A DNA stretch of 64,000 nt, from positions 27,284 to 91,283 of the forward strand of contig CAZDQS010000002.1 in NCBI GenBank assembly GCA_964507855.1. The letters run 5' to 3'. The notes beneath the pieces are model-generated. The model had not been told where the DNA came from. It searched no databases and saw nothing but the letters and a program-made list of their open reading frames with translations. Shown here in pieces: positions 44,346 through 53,233 of the stretch. This DNA is from an uncultured Candidatus Saccharibacteria bacterium (GTDB lineage Bacteria > Patescibacteriota > Saccharimonadia > Saccharimonadales > CAZDQS01). The first letter of the stretch is position 1; every line of letters begins with the position of its first letter. The position numbers and the translations under genes are program-made.

Positions 44346-44750
44346 TTAGGCTTGAGGTTGCGGCGGAGTATCCGTTCCGTCACCTTGTACGCCTGCATCA
44401 GCAGCTGATGGTGCCTCAGGCGCAACAGGCATCTCAGGTAGCTGCACTGGTTGCGCAGGCTGCTCTTGGTCGACCGTCGCGTCCTGTGCAGTTGGTAGGT
44501 CAACAGCTGGTGCGACTGGCTCGGCAGGCGCTTGTGGCACTTCGGGCATAGAAGGTACGGGAGTTTCCGGCACTACGGGAGCCGGTGCGGCTGGCACTGA
44601 TTGGTCCTGCTCTACGCCCGTCATGTCGCCAACGACTGCTTGGCCCGGATCAGCAGTTGGAGCAGGTAGATCTACCTGCGGTGCCGGCACGCCTTGGTCC
44701 GCGCCGGGTACTACATTCTGATCGTTTTGGTTCGTGGTGTTTTCGTCCAT
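44346..44750 (-). CDS. Pro/Ala/Val/Gln-rich low-complexity protein (134 aa)
   Basis: ORF followed by an intrinsic terminator at 44262-44290. PAP/VP-rich, probably disordered. Confidence 0.5.
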   Translation of the reverse strand: MDENTTNQNDQNVVPGADQGVPAPQVDLPAPTADPGQAVVGDMTGVEQDQSVPAAPAPVVPETPVPSMPEVPQAPAEPVAPAVDLPTAQDATVDQEQPAQPVQLPEMPVAPEAPSAADAGVQGDGTDTPPQPQA

Positions 44751-44866
44751 GTGGGGTTACCCTCTTTTATATGGTGTTGCGCTCTATTGTGATGAAAGTC
44801 TATTGTGCCCGTCAAATCTTTATGCGTTGACCGAAGACATTACGGTGCTTAAGTGTTGTTAATTTA

Positions 44867-45253
44867 TCATCCTTCTGGATTGTTATTCTCAAGTTCGTGA
44901 ATCCGGTCATGGTCAAGCCCGTAGTGGTGGGCGACCTCATGCCACAAAGTTTTTGCTACTTGATCCTTGAGTTCTTCATGCGTGCTGCAGATACGAACGA
45001 TCGGGTTTTTAAAAATTGTAATTTTGTCGGGCAGAACCAGGCTGTAGTTGCCAGTGCGCTTCGTGCGAGGTATGCCCTCGTAGAGGCCAAAGAGCGTCCC
45101 GCCGCGAATACGGAGCTTCTCGAGCTGCTCTGATGTCGGCTCCTCCGCCCACGTGACAGCTACGTTATCCATATGCCGGGCATAATGTTCAGGGATGTTA
45201 TCAATTGCCTCAGCGATAATGGCCTCGAACTCTGTGTCAGTTACATCAAGCAT
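44867..45253 (-). CDS. Zincin-like metallopeptidase family protein (DUF1025 type)
   Basis: MLDVTDTEFEAIIAEAIDNIPEHYARHMDNVAV... and HEVAHHYG zinc motif. ATG at 45253 preferred over the track TTG at 45283. Confidence 0.75.
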   Translation of the reverse strand: MLDVTDTEFEAIIAEAIDNIPEHYARHMDNVAVTWAEEPTSEQLEKLRIRGGTLFGLYEGIPRTKRTGNYSLVLPDKITIFKNPIVRICSTHEELKDQVAKTLWHEVAHHYGLDHDRIHELENNNPEG

Positions 45254-45333
45254 TGCTTCATTATACGACTTGTTGACCCGCAAACAGATTAAGGCGTATG
45301 ATTAAGCCATTAAGCATAAACAGGACAAAAATC

Positions 45334-46137
45334 ATGAAACTACCTTTGGCAAAAGATAATCGGGGCATCGCCCACCTGGAGCTGATTGTGCTCGTCGTAG
45401 TCGTGGCCCTGATTGGTGGCGCCGGTTACCTTGTCTACAGCAAGAACAAGGACAACGGCGGCACGAATAGCAGCCTTAGTGATGCTGTCAAAGAGGCAGC
45501 CAAAAATTGTGACCTTGACGATAAAGACCTCTGTAAATTCTTTGCCAGCTGGACCGATACCGAAAAGATGCGGATGATATCGACCAGCACGGCCGACGGC
45601 GAGACCACGACGATGACATTCGAAAAGGACGGTGACAAGACATACCTCAAGTCCGAAGGTGGAATGTCATATGAAGTAATTACCATCGGCGATACTACCT
45701 ACACCAAGGCTCCGAATGGCACGTGGTGGAAGCAAACCCACAAAGCAAACGACCAGGACAGTCCGGTTGGTGACATTGACATCGACTTTGAAGAACCAAG
45801 CTCTTCTGACGAAGCCGAAGCGACCCGCTACGAAAAGCTCGGCAAAGAGGCCTGCGGCAACCTAAGCTGTTTTAAGTACCAGGTTATTACGCCCGGCTCT
45901 GACGGCACTGAATACCTCTGGTTTGACGACAAAGACTACCTGGTTCGCAAGACCCGCACAGAATACGAAGGAACTGTCAGCGAAGTAACATTTGAGTACG
46001 ACAACATTTCTATTAGCGAACCGTCACCGGTACGTGAGCTTGGTGAAAACCAATACCTCATGCCGGGCGAGGACGAGCCAGTGACCCTACCCAGCGATGC
46101 AGCCATGGAAGAAATCATGAATTCCTACGGGCTGTAA
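45334..46137 (+). CDS. Type IV pilin-like (prepilin-type N-terminus) protein
   Basis: MKLPLAKDNRG|IAHLELIVLVVVVALIGGAGYLVY: Gly at -1, Glu at +5, then a hydrophobic helix. Followed by a terminator. Confidence 0.6.
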   Translation: MKLPLAKDNRGIAHLELIVLVVVVALIGGAGYLVYSKNKDNGGTNSSLSDAVKEAAKNCDLDDKDLCKFFASWTDTEKMRMISTSTADGETTTMTFEKDGDKTYLKSEGGMSYEVITIGDTTYTKAPNGTWWKQTHKANDQDSPVGDIDIDFEEPSSSDEAEATRYEKLGKEACGNLSCFKYQVITPGSDGTEYLWFDDKDYLVRKTRTEYEGTVSEVTFEYDNISISEPSPVRELGENQYLMPGEDEPVTLPSDAAMEEIMNSYGL

Positions 46138-46162
46138 CCCCCAAAAAGTAACTATTCTACCA

Positions 46163-46193
46163 ACTACACCCCATACACGGGGTGTAGTTTTTT
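46163..46193 (+). terminator. Intrinsic terminator after the pilin-like gene
   Basis: ACTACACCCC-atacac-GGGGTGTAGT followed by TTTTT. Confidence 0.65.
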
Positions 46194-47346
46194 ATCCACG
46201 GGCAGATTCTTCAAGGCTGTAATCCGGACGTGGCGTGCGTGACCATACTTGGGTCAACAACAATCCAACGCCCATCCACATCGCGGCCAATAGCGCCAGG
46301 AAACCGAGTATCGGAATGATATACACAATCAGCAACAAAGCTGCGCCGACTAGCATGATGATGATGGGCGAGCGCGAGTCGCGCAAGATAAGTCGTCCGA
46401 TGAAGTAACCAGAGAGCGGGCCGGCCAGGAACAAAACGACAAACCACGTAAACAACAGTAGTAGTGCCAGCGGTATGCCCACTACCGTTATGAGCAAACC
46501 GAGTACGAGCATGGGCACAAGTAGGCTGGCGACGAAGCCGATTAGCAAGGTTCGGGCCGGATGCCGCAGACCAGTTTCACTCGCCTCATGGATAGGGCGC
46601 GGAAAGATAAGCACCAGAATTAGCGCAATAAGCAGGAGTGAGACCAGCAAATAGAGCGCGAATCCTGAGCTTATCGCAAAGAATGCCCCATCCTTGCCCT
46701 CGCGGCGCGGCGGGTCTTGCTTAGTGGCATCGCCAGTAATTTGCGCGCCGCTGGCAATGTTCGCGTCATTAACGCTCGTGTAGATGACTTCGCCACCGAC
46801 AGAAGCGTTTGATCCGACGTTCAAATTCGTAAGCGATGCGGTTATGTCGCGTCCGATGTCACCGTTGGCTGACAGCGTCGCGGCGGCGGCAAACACATCC
46901 CGACCCACCTGCCCGTTCAGTGTCATGCTATCGCCCGCCAGGCTGACGTCGCCGTCGACGCTTGCATCTGATTCCAGCGTCAGGGACTGGCCGGCGAACG
47001 ATACGTTGCTGCCGACTTCACCGCCAATAACTACTGTTTGTCCAGCCGCGCGCACGTCGCCCTCCACGTTGCCGGTGACGGTTATGTTCTGGCCGGCGCA
47101 TATCACATCACCGCGAACTGTACCGGAAATAGTAATGTTTTGGCCGACACAAAATATATCTCCCTGCACCTCACCAGCGATATCCAGTGCACGGCCGCTG
47201 GCAAACAGCGTGGTATCAACCGTCTCGTCTTCGGCGACCGTCACTGAGTCGCCAGAGCGGAAGTTCTGCGCACCCGCCACACCCACGCCCAGCAACAAAG
47301 GCACAGCCAGCAGCAATCCCGCCAAGAGAATTTTTGCTCGTTTCAT
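46192..47346 (-). CDS. Secreted/membrane beta-helix repeat protein (bactofilin-like repeats plus C-terminal TM bundle)
   Basis: Signal peptide, then repeats of the type GDIFCVGQNITISGTVRGDVICAGQNITVTGNVEGDVRAAGQTVVIGGEV, then 4 TM helices. SD GGAGGGAG. Confidence 0.65.
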   Translation of the reverse strand: MKRAKILLAGLLLAVPLLLGVGVAGAQNFRSGDSVTVAEDETVDTTLFASGRALDIAGEVQGDIFCVGQNITISGTVRGDVICAGQNITVTGNVEGDVRAAGQTVVIGGEVGSNVSFAGQSLTLESDASVDGDVSLAGDSMTLNGQVGRDVFAAAATLSANGDIGRDITASLTNLNVGSNASVGGEVIYTSVNDANIASGAQITGDATKQDPPRREGKDGAFFAISSGFALYLLVSLLLIALILVLIFPRPIHEASETGLRHPARTLLIGFVASLLVPMLVLGLLITVVGIPLALLLLFTWFVVLFLAGPLSGYFIGRLILRDSRSPIIIMLVGAALLLIVYIIPILGFLALLAAMWMGVGLLLTQVWSRTPRPDYSLEESARG

Positions 47347-47439
47347 AAACTCCCTCCGTTTACATTCTTAATAGTATTCCTGCTAACAGAGCGCGCTGTG
47401 TGATTTATCTCACCTAATGTACCGTATACTGGAAGTACT

Positions 47440-48618
47440 ATGGGAACACCATTAGCTGAACAGATGCGGCCGGAACGTTTGCGCGACGTCATCGGGCAAG
47501 AGCACTTGCTGGCCAAAGGCCAGATAATCCGGCAAATTGTCGAGAAAAAGCAGCCGACCAGCCTCATCCTCTGGGGCCCGCCCGGCAGTGGCAAGACAAC
47601 ACTGGCGCGCATTATTGCCACCGAAACAGATGCGGAATTTATCGAACTCAGCGCAGTAACATCCGGTAAAGCAGATGTGACTAGGGTCATCGAGCACGCT
47701 AAACAAAACCAGCGCCTCGGCCAGCGTACCATCCTGTTCGTTGACGAAATCCATCGCTTCAACAAAGCACAGCAGGATGCCTTCCTGCCGCATGTCGAAA
47801 GCGGCACCATAACACTTATCGGCGCCACGACCGAAAACCCAAGCTTTGAAGTAATTACCCCGCTGCTCAGCCGAAGCCGCGTCCTGGTACTCGAACCCTT
47901 GGGCACAAAAGACCTCGTAAAGATCATCAAGCGCGCCGCCAAGATGCTGAAGCTGGACGGCAAAGCTCTGCCGGCCAAAAGCATCGACCTGCTGGCTGAA
48001 CTGTCCGGCGGTGACGCACGGGTAGCACTCGGCAATCTGGAGCTTGCACTCCAGCTGGGTAAGCGGCCACTAACGCCCGAGGTCATTGAAACGGCCGCCC
48101 AAAGACGAGTTCCTGGCTATGACAAAGCCGGCGAAAACCACTACAACATCATCAGTGCGTTTATCAAAAGCCTCCGCGGCAGTGATGCCAGTGCGGCGCT
48201 CTACTATATGGCGCGGATGCTGCAGGCCGGCGAGGACCCGAAGTTTATTGCCCGCCGCATGGTTATCTTTGCCTCGGAAGATGTCGGCATCGCCGCCTCA
48301 CCGGCGCTCAACCTGGCCGTTGCGACCTTCCAGGCGGTCGAGCGTATCGGCATGCCAGAGTGTCAATACAACCTATTTCATTGCGCCATAGTACTGGCAA
48401 AGTGCAAGAAATCTCGTGTCGTGACTGATGCCATGAACCGAGCTCTCGCGGCGGCAAAAGAACATCCCGATTTATCAGTGCCTCTCCACCTCCGCAACGC
48501 CCCGACTAAATTAATGCGTGACTTAGGCTATCAAAAGGACTACGCCTGGGAAGCCGGCTTTGAACACGAGCAAGGGTTCTTGCCGGAGGAACTAAAAGAT
48601 TTCGACGTGTTCGCCTAA
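47440..48618 (+). CDS. rarA: Replication-associated recombination protein A (AAA+ ATPase)
   Basis: RPERLRDVIGQEHL, GPPGSGKTTLA, LFVDEIHRFNK and the MgsA C-terminal region. Confidence 0.92.
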   Translation: MGTPLAEQMRPERLRDVIGQEHLLAKGQIIRQIVEKKQPTSLILWGPPGSGKTTLARIIATETDAEFIELSAVTSGKADVTRVIEHAKQNQRLGQRTILFVDEIHRFNKAQQDAFLPHVESGTITLIGATTENPSFEVITPLLSRSRVLVLEPLGTKDLVKIIKRAAKMLKLDGKALPAKSIDLLAELSGGDARVALGNLELALQLGKRPLTPEVIETAAQRRVPGYDKAGENHYNIISAFIKSLRGSDASAALYYMARMLQAGEDPKFIARRMVIFASEDVGIAASPALNLAVATFQAVERIGMPECQYNLFHCAIVLAKCKKSRVVTDAMNRALAAAKEHPDLSVPLHLRNAPTKLMRDLGYQKDYAWEAGFEHEQGFLPEELKDFDVFA

Positions 48619-49541
48619 AGCCAGCGTTTACGAAAAAAGAACACCATGACTGATGCGGTGCTCGCCACAATGACACCGACGAGGATCCAAAAGGCAGCCG
48701 GGTTATCCGCAAGGGGCAGATCGACATTCATGCCGTACAGACTGCTCACAACTGTCGGGATAGCTAGAAATATGCCGATGCTGGTTAGGCGCTTAAACAC
48801 GCTGTTTAGGTTATTGGCGGCGATGGTAGCGTAGGCCTCGCGGATGTTCGAGATGGTGACCAGACGGGAGTTAGTGAGGTCAATGAGCTCTGTCGCGCCC
48901 AGTAAGAGGTCTTCGATGAGATCTTTGTCGTCCTCATAGAGCCGGAAGTACCGGCCGGTCAGCAGCGTCCGAAGCAGCACGCCGTACGGCTGTAGCGCCG
49001 TCAGACATTCGTTCAGATCATCCTCAAGATCAATGAACTGGATGAGCTCGCGGTTACCGAGGTTGTCGCGCTTCATCTGCGTGCGGAAACCCAGAATCTG
49101 CCTGTTTACCCGATGGATGTGCTGGCGGTATGACTGGTTGATTTCTTCGAGAAACTCCAGCACCAGTTTAGTCTTCTGGGTCGTCACGACACGCGCTGCG
49201 CCTAAGATAAAGCGGTCGAACATTGAGCTGGCGCTTCGCATGACCGTAATGACATGCTCCGGCGTGTGGACGATAAGCAGTGGTTCAGTCGCGATAGCGA
49301 CACCTTGCGGGAAACAGTACCGCGTGAAGATGTAGACGTTCTCGCCTTCCTGCTCGACACGTGGTGACTCATATACGTCCAGCGCGTCCGCCAAAAGATC
49401 AGGATCAAGCGAAAACGTCTGCTCGAGATATGCCAGCTCATCAGGCGTCGGATCAACGAGGTGTATCCAGCTGCCAGCCCGCGGCTTGGTCTCAACCGCA
49501 ATGCCTGGCGAGCGAGTCGTACTGTAATAAATGGAGTACAT
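48615..49541 (-). CDS. corA: CorA-family magnesium transporter
   Basis: 308 aa with C-terminal SLYGMNVDLP (YGMN) between two TM helices. Confidence 0.9.
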   Translation of the reverse strand: MYSIYYSTTRSPGIAVETKPRAGSWIHLVDPTPDELAYLEQTFSLDPDLLADALDVYESPRVEQEGENVYIFTRYCFPQGVAIATEPLLIVHTPEHVITVMRSASSMFDRFILGAARVVTTQKTKLVLEFLEEINQSYRQHIHRVNRQILGFRTQMKRDNLGNRELIQFIDLEDDLNECLTALQPYGVLLRTLLTGRYFRLYEDDKDLIEDLLLGATELIDLTNSRLVTISNIREAYATIAANNLNSVFKRLTSIGIFLAIPTVVSSLYGMNVDLPLADNPAAFWILVGVIVASTASVMVFFFRKRWL

Positions 49542-49646
49542 AGGCAGCCTTACTGGAACGCACCCGAGAATAAAGTTTCCGGACGGGTTCTACTTATGTT
49601 TATTGTATTGTAACAGGGGCGCCCTGGATTACCAACAGCGAATTGC

Positions 49647-50465
49647 CTATACGCCGATATCCCGGCGCCGGAAGGCGATCCAGGATATCACACCGAGCAC
49701 TATGAGCAGGCCAACCATGTAAAGCCAGTTGGCGTAGTTGTGCGTGCCTTCCAATATTGCGGCTGGCTTGTAGTAGTGGAATGGAAGTACCATACTTGGC
49801 CACTTCAACCACGAAATCGTCTGCGACAAAGAAGTAATAAGGTAACTTGCCGTCGCCAGCAAACTCGCCACGCCAACTGCCGCGCCTCGCGCCATGCCGC
49901 CGAGCGCGGTTATTGTAAAGCCAATCGCGCCAAAGCACAGACTAAGTAGCACGGACCCGATGACCGCAAACAAGATATTAGGTATCGGTATGGGCAGGTC
50001 CACAAGCCGCGCGGTTATGGCTGTCGCGACAAATGCCGCCGCTGCAACGATAGCAATGATAATGCCGCCTGTCTTAACCTTGCTAAGCAAGAGCAAGCCA
50101 CGCGAAATCGGTCGACTCAAGAGTAGCTCAATGGTCCCCTCCCGCTCTTCTTTGCCGATAAGCGATGTGCCAAGTGATATAGCAAGAATAGAAAGCAGCA
50201 GCGGCAGCGGCATGTAGAACAACTGTGAGCTGACATAGCCGATTGGCGAGAAAAAATCACCCGTATCGGATAGCAACGCCATCGCCGCATCAGGCAGGTC
50301 ACTAAACGATTTTTCCAGTTCGGCTGACTGGTCGCGCATTGACGGATAGAGCAATATTGTCATGAGTACCAAACTGACGATGCCGAGAGTCCACCATATC
50401 GTGAACCACTTCCGTTGTCTCAGCCCCCAGCTTACGATACCTTTCGCCTGGCTTATGCGGCTCAT
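49647..50465 (-). CDS. ABC-2-type transporter permease
   Basis: 272 aa, 6 TM. 4-nt overlap with the upstream ATPase gene. Confidence 0.75.
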   Translation of the reverse strand: MSRISQAKGIVSWGLRQRKWFTIWWTLGIVSLVLMTILLYPSMRDQSAELEKSFSDLPDAAMALLSDTGDFFSPIGYVSSQLFYMPLPLLLSILAISLGTSLIGKEEREGTIELLLSRPISRGLLLLSKVKTGGIIIAIVAAAAFVATAITARLVDLPIPIPNILFAVIGSVLLSLCFGAIGFTITALGGMARGAAVGVASLLATASYLITSLSQTISWLKWPSMVLPFHYYKPAAILEGTHNYANWLYMVGLLIVLGVISWIAFRRRDIGV

Positions 50466-51370
50466 TGCTGTTCCCCCTCGTAATACTGTAAAAATTCACT
50501 TTCGAGGTGAAGTTCCTGCCGATCAAAGCCGAGCACTTTGTGCTTGGCCAGCACGGCAAACAACGGCGAGAGCTCACCAGCTATCTGCACCATAACAGAG
50601 GTATCGCTCACCTTTCGCACTGTTACACCAGATAGTTTTTTCAGCTCGGCAAGGGGCGGCTTCCTGGTAAATGTGACCAAAAACTCTTGCGATGCTTCGC
50701 GCTGAAGATCAGCAATTGAGTTCTCCATCACCAGCTGGCCGTTCCTAATGAAACCGACTCTGTCGCACATACGCTGCACTTCACTTAAGTTATGACTGCT
50801 GGCGAAAACGCTCGCACCACGGCCCTTCGCTTCGGACACCATGCGGAAAAATTCTTCTTGCATCAACGGATCGAGACCGCTCGTCGGCTCATCGAGGACA
50901 AGCACGTCCGGCTCATGCATGAACGCCTGAATCAGTCCGATTTTCTGACGGTTGCCCTTGGAGAGTGTCGACAGCCGCTTGTCGAGCTGCGCCTTCAGCC
51001 GTCGCACCAGTTCGTCACGATACCGCTGATTTTTGACCGGTTGAAGTTCATTCATGTAAGCGAGGAAGTCAGCACCCGTCATCTTGGGATAAGCAGTAAA
51101 GTCACCGGCAAGGTAGCCGATATGCGCCCGCGCCTGAAGGCTATCCCGAGCAATGTCATATCCCAAGATACTGCCGCTCCCCGATGTTGGCTGCAAAAAG
51201 TTTAAAAGCAGCCTAATGGCAGTGGACTTGCCGGCACCGTTTGGACCCAAAAAGCCGTACACTTCGCCACGCCTGACGATGAGCGACACAGTATCAAGCG
51301 CGTTAACGCTGCTATTCCCATAGCGTTTCGTGAGGTCATTCAGAACAATCGCCGGCTCTTTGTCTCGCAT
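50462..51370 (-). CDS. ABC transporter ATP-binding protein
   Basis: GPNGAGKST, LSKGNRQKIGL, VLVLDEPTSGLD. SD GAGGTGA. Confidence 0.9.
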   Translation of the reverse strand: MRDKEPAIVLNDLTKRYGNSSVNALDTVSLIVRRGEVYGFLGPNGAGKSTAIRLLLNFLQPTSGSGSILGYDIARDSLQARAHIGYLAGDFTAYPKMTGADFLAYMNELQPVKNQRYRDELVRRLKAQLDKRLSTLSKGNRQKIGLIQAFMHEPDVLVLDEPTSGLDPLMQEEFFRMVSEAKGRGASVFASSHNLSEVQRMCDRVGFIRNGQLVMENSIADLQREASQEFLVTFTRKPPLAELKKLSGVTVRKVSDTSVMVQIAGELSPLFAVLAKHKVLGFDRQELHLESEFLQYYEGEQQ

Positions 51371-51387
51371 TCACCTCAGTATACCAC

Positions 51388-51948
51388 TTATGGATACTGT
51401 GCCCTGGCAGTCGCCGCCAGGTAGCCAAGCCTGTAGATCGATATGACTGTAAGCAAGCTGGCAAGCAGGAGCGCCACGCTGCCGAGCAGCCCCACAAGAC
51501 TTGCCGAAGCCGTAACACCAATTGAGGCGAAAAGCGGCACCAGCAGCGACGTGCCGCACGCCGCACAACCCCCGCCAACAATCCCAAGCAACAAACCGAC
51601 GGCTCCGCTGTGCCGGACGGCCGTCATGCTCCTCCGCCGCACGACATAGACAAGCAGGCTCACATTAACACCGAACAGGAATGCAAAGACCACAATACTG
51701 ACAGCTTGCATGACGCCAAATGTTGTCAGCAACGCCCCATAGCCATCAACAAAAAACTTCAATTTTGTCCCGATACTAAAAGGTGCATCAAAGAGCACAT
51801 ACAAAAGCACCCGGTAATTAAGCGCCCATATAATCGCACCAGCCGCCAGGAATCCCGTCGCAAACGCCAGCGCCACATAACCAGGTTTACGCAGTACATG
51901 TCCAATTCCACCAGCGGCCACCCGAACGGTCAGGCGCGACAATTTCAT
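51388..51948 (-). CDS. Polytopic membrane protein with a single intramembrane CxxC (GGGCAACGTS), unclassified
   Basis: 186 aa, about 5 TM, and only two Cys in the whole protein. ATGA overlap with the upstream DsbA-like gene. Confidence 0.65.
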   Translation of the reverse strand: MKLSRLTVRVAAGGIGHVLRKPGYVALAFATGFLAAGAIIWALNYRVLLYVLFDAPFSIGTKLKFFVDGYGALLTTFGVMQAVSIVVFAFLFGVNVSLLVYVVRRRSMTAVRHSGAVGLLLGIVGGGCAACGTSLLVPLFASIGVTASASLVGLLGSVALLLASLLTVISIYRLGYLAATARAQYP

Positions 51949-52634
51949 TTGAGCTGAGACTCCACAAGCGTCTTAAAAACAGAGTACGGCTGGTTGCCAA
52001 GTAATCGCTGGTCGCCAATTATAAAAGCCGGCGTGCCCGCCACGCCATCTGCCTCAGAGGCTTGTAGGTCGGCCGTGACAGCACTCTGGTATGTCCCATT
52101 CTGCAAACAAGCAGCAAAAACCTGATCGTCAGCACCGATGTGCGCTGCAATCCTACTCAGCTGCTGCACTGTCAAGATATCAGCAAACTCAGCGTCTTCT
52201 GTCCCCTTCTGGTAATGTTCGGCCCACATGTACTCATACACGGCACTGTTGTACTGATCGAACTTCCCCTGGGCGGCCGCACAGTACGCACCTTCGGCCG
52301 CCCGTCGCGAATCCGGCCCCAAGTATGGCAAGTGCTTCACAAGCAGGCGAACCTTACCGGCGTTGATATACTCTGCCTTGAGCGTTGGGTAACTTTCACG
52401 GTGGAAGCGATTGCAGTTCGGACACTTGTAATCAATGTACTCAACGATAGTCAGCGGGGCATTGTCAGCACCAATGACTAGCTGCCGGGCTGTCGACCCG
52501 GCCGGACGCTCGGTTTCTTGATGGGTCGGCGTCGGCGCAACCCCATCATCCTGCCGCTGCATGAGCCACCAGGCGCCGCCAGCCGCCACAAGAACGGCGA
52601 TACTGATAGCTGCGATGATGGTGCGCTTAGACAT
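51945..52634 (-). CDS. DsbA-family thiol:disulfide oxidoreductase, membrane-anchored
   Basis: N-terminal TM and thioredoxin-fold active site YKCPNCNRFH; 229 aa. Confidence 0.85.
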   Translation of the reverse strand: MSKRTIIAAISIAVLVAAGGAWWLMQRQDDGVAPTPTHQETERPAGSTARQLVIGADNAPLTIVEYIDYKCPNCNRFHRESYPTLKAEYINAGKVRLLVKHLPYLGPDSRRAAEGAYCAAAQGKFDQYNSAVYEYMWAEHYQKGTEDAEFADILTVQQLSRIAAHIGADDQVFAACLQNGTYQSAVTADLQASEADGVAGTPAFIIGDQRLLGNQPYSVFKTLVESQLK

Positions 52635-52704
52635 TTGTGCTTAAGTATAGCAAAAGACGCCACCCCGAAGGTGACGCCCACTCAATTCTCAGGACCAGCT
52701 ATCG

Positions 52705-52812
52705 CTACCGGTCCAAATCTATAAAGGGATCCTCGTTTGCCTTGCGATACGTATCTATAAACTTGCTCGTTCCAATATCTTCCTGCTTGCCTCGTCTCCC
52801 AAATAAATTCAT
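52705..52812 (-). CDS. Small ORF (35 aa), not in the ORF track
   Basis: Own translation MNLFGRRGKQEDIGTSKFIDTYRKANEDPFIDLDR. AGGAGG lies 4 nt upstream of the ATG. Confidence 0.4.
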   Translation of the reverse strand: MNLFGRRGKQEDIGTSKFIDTYRKANEDPFIDLDR

Positions 52813-52862
52813 GTTTCCTCCTGCTGCGGCCACAATGGCCACAGCATTATTACCTCGCTTGC

Positions 52863-53018
52863 TTAGCGTACCAGCCACGCCGTGATGCCATAAGGCGTAC
52901 GCGAGCGGTCATCGCTGTGCTCAAGCTCAGGCGCCTGCATCAGCTCCGGGTACTGCGCCATTTTGCGCCCCAAAAACGCCTGGATCTTCCGCTCCAACTC
53001 CGCTTCGTTCGTTTTCAT
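52863..53018 (-). CDS. Small ORF (51 aa), not in the ORF track
   Basis: Own translation MKTNEAELERKIQAFLGRKMAQYPELMQAPELEHSDDRSRTPYGITAWLVR. GAGGAGGGGG lies 2-5 nt upstream of the ATG. The track's 61-aa plus-strand ORF is its antisense shadow. Confidence 0.45.
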   Translation of the reverse strand: MKTNEAELERKIQAFLGRKMAQYPELMQAPELEHSDDRSRTPYGITAWLVR

Positions 53019-53233
53019 AACCCCCTCCTCTTGTTGTTGATAATCATAAACGCTCCCCTAGCGTCTACGATTATCTATAGCCTACAGAAACCACGAGCAT
53101 AACACTGTAAACAACATCACATAAGCGATGTGATTTTTCTAACTTTACGACTACTGAGCACTATGATTTACTTGCAGTACTTTTTTAGGCCAAATTGGCG
53201 TATCATAAAAGGTGTAAACCAGAGAGAACATCT

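Noticed and set aside
47343-48086. 247-aa minus-strand ORF
   Set aside because: It is entirely antisense to rarA, which has unambiguous AAA+ motifs. The product is Ser/Arg/Leu-rich low complexity, typical of a shadow frame.
49647-53018. Idea that small ORFs, DsbA, membrane CxxC and ABC exporter form a sublancin-like disulfide-bacteriocin locus
   Set aside because: Both small peptides lack any cysteine and any leader-like double-Gly motif. The transporter is an ABC-2 type without a peptidase domain. The thiol-redox pairing is kept as a separate finding.
53116-53134. ATCACAT-aagcg-ATGTGAT inverted repeat next to the Crp/Fnr gene, considered as a CRP box
   Set aside because: The half-sites are in the opposite order (TCACA...TGTGA rather than TGTGA-N6-TCACA) and the spacer is 5-7 nt. 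It may simply be a hairpin with a T-run. There is not enough evidence to call it a regulator site.
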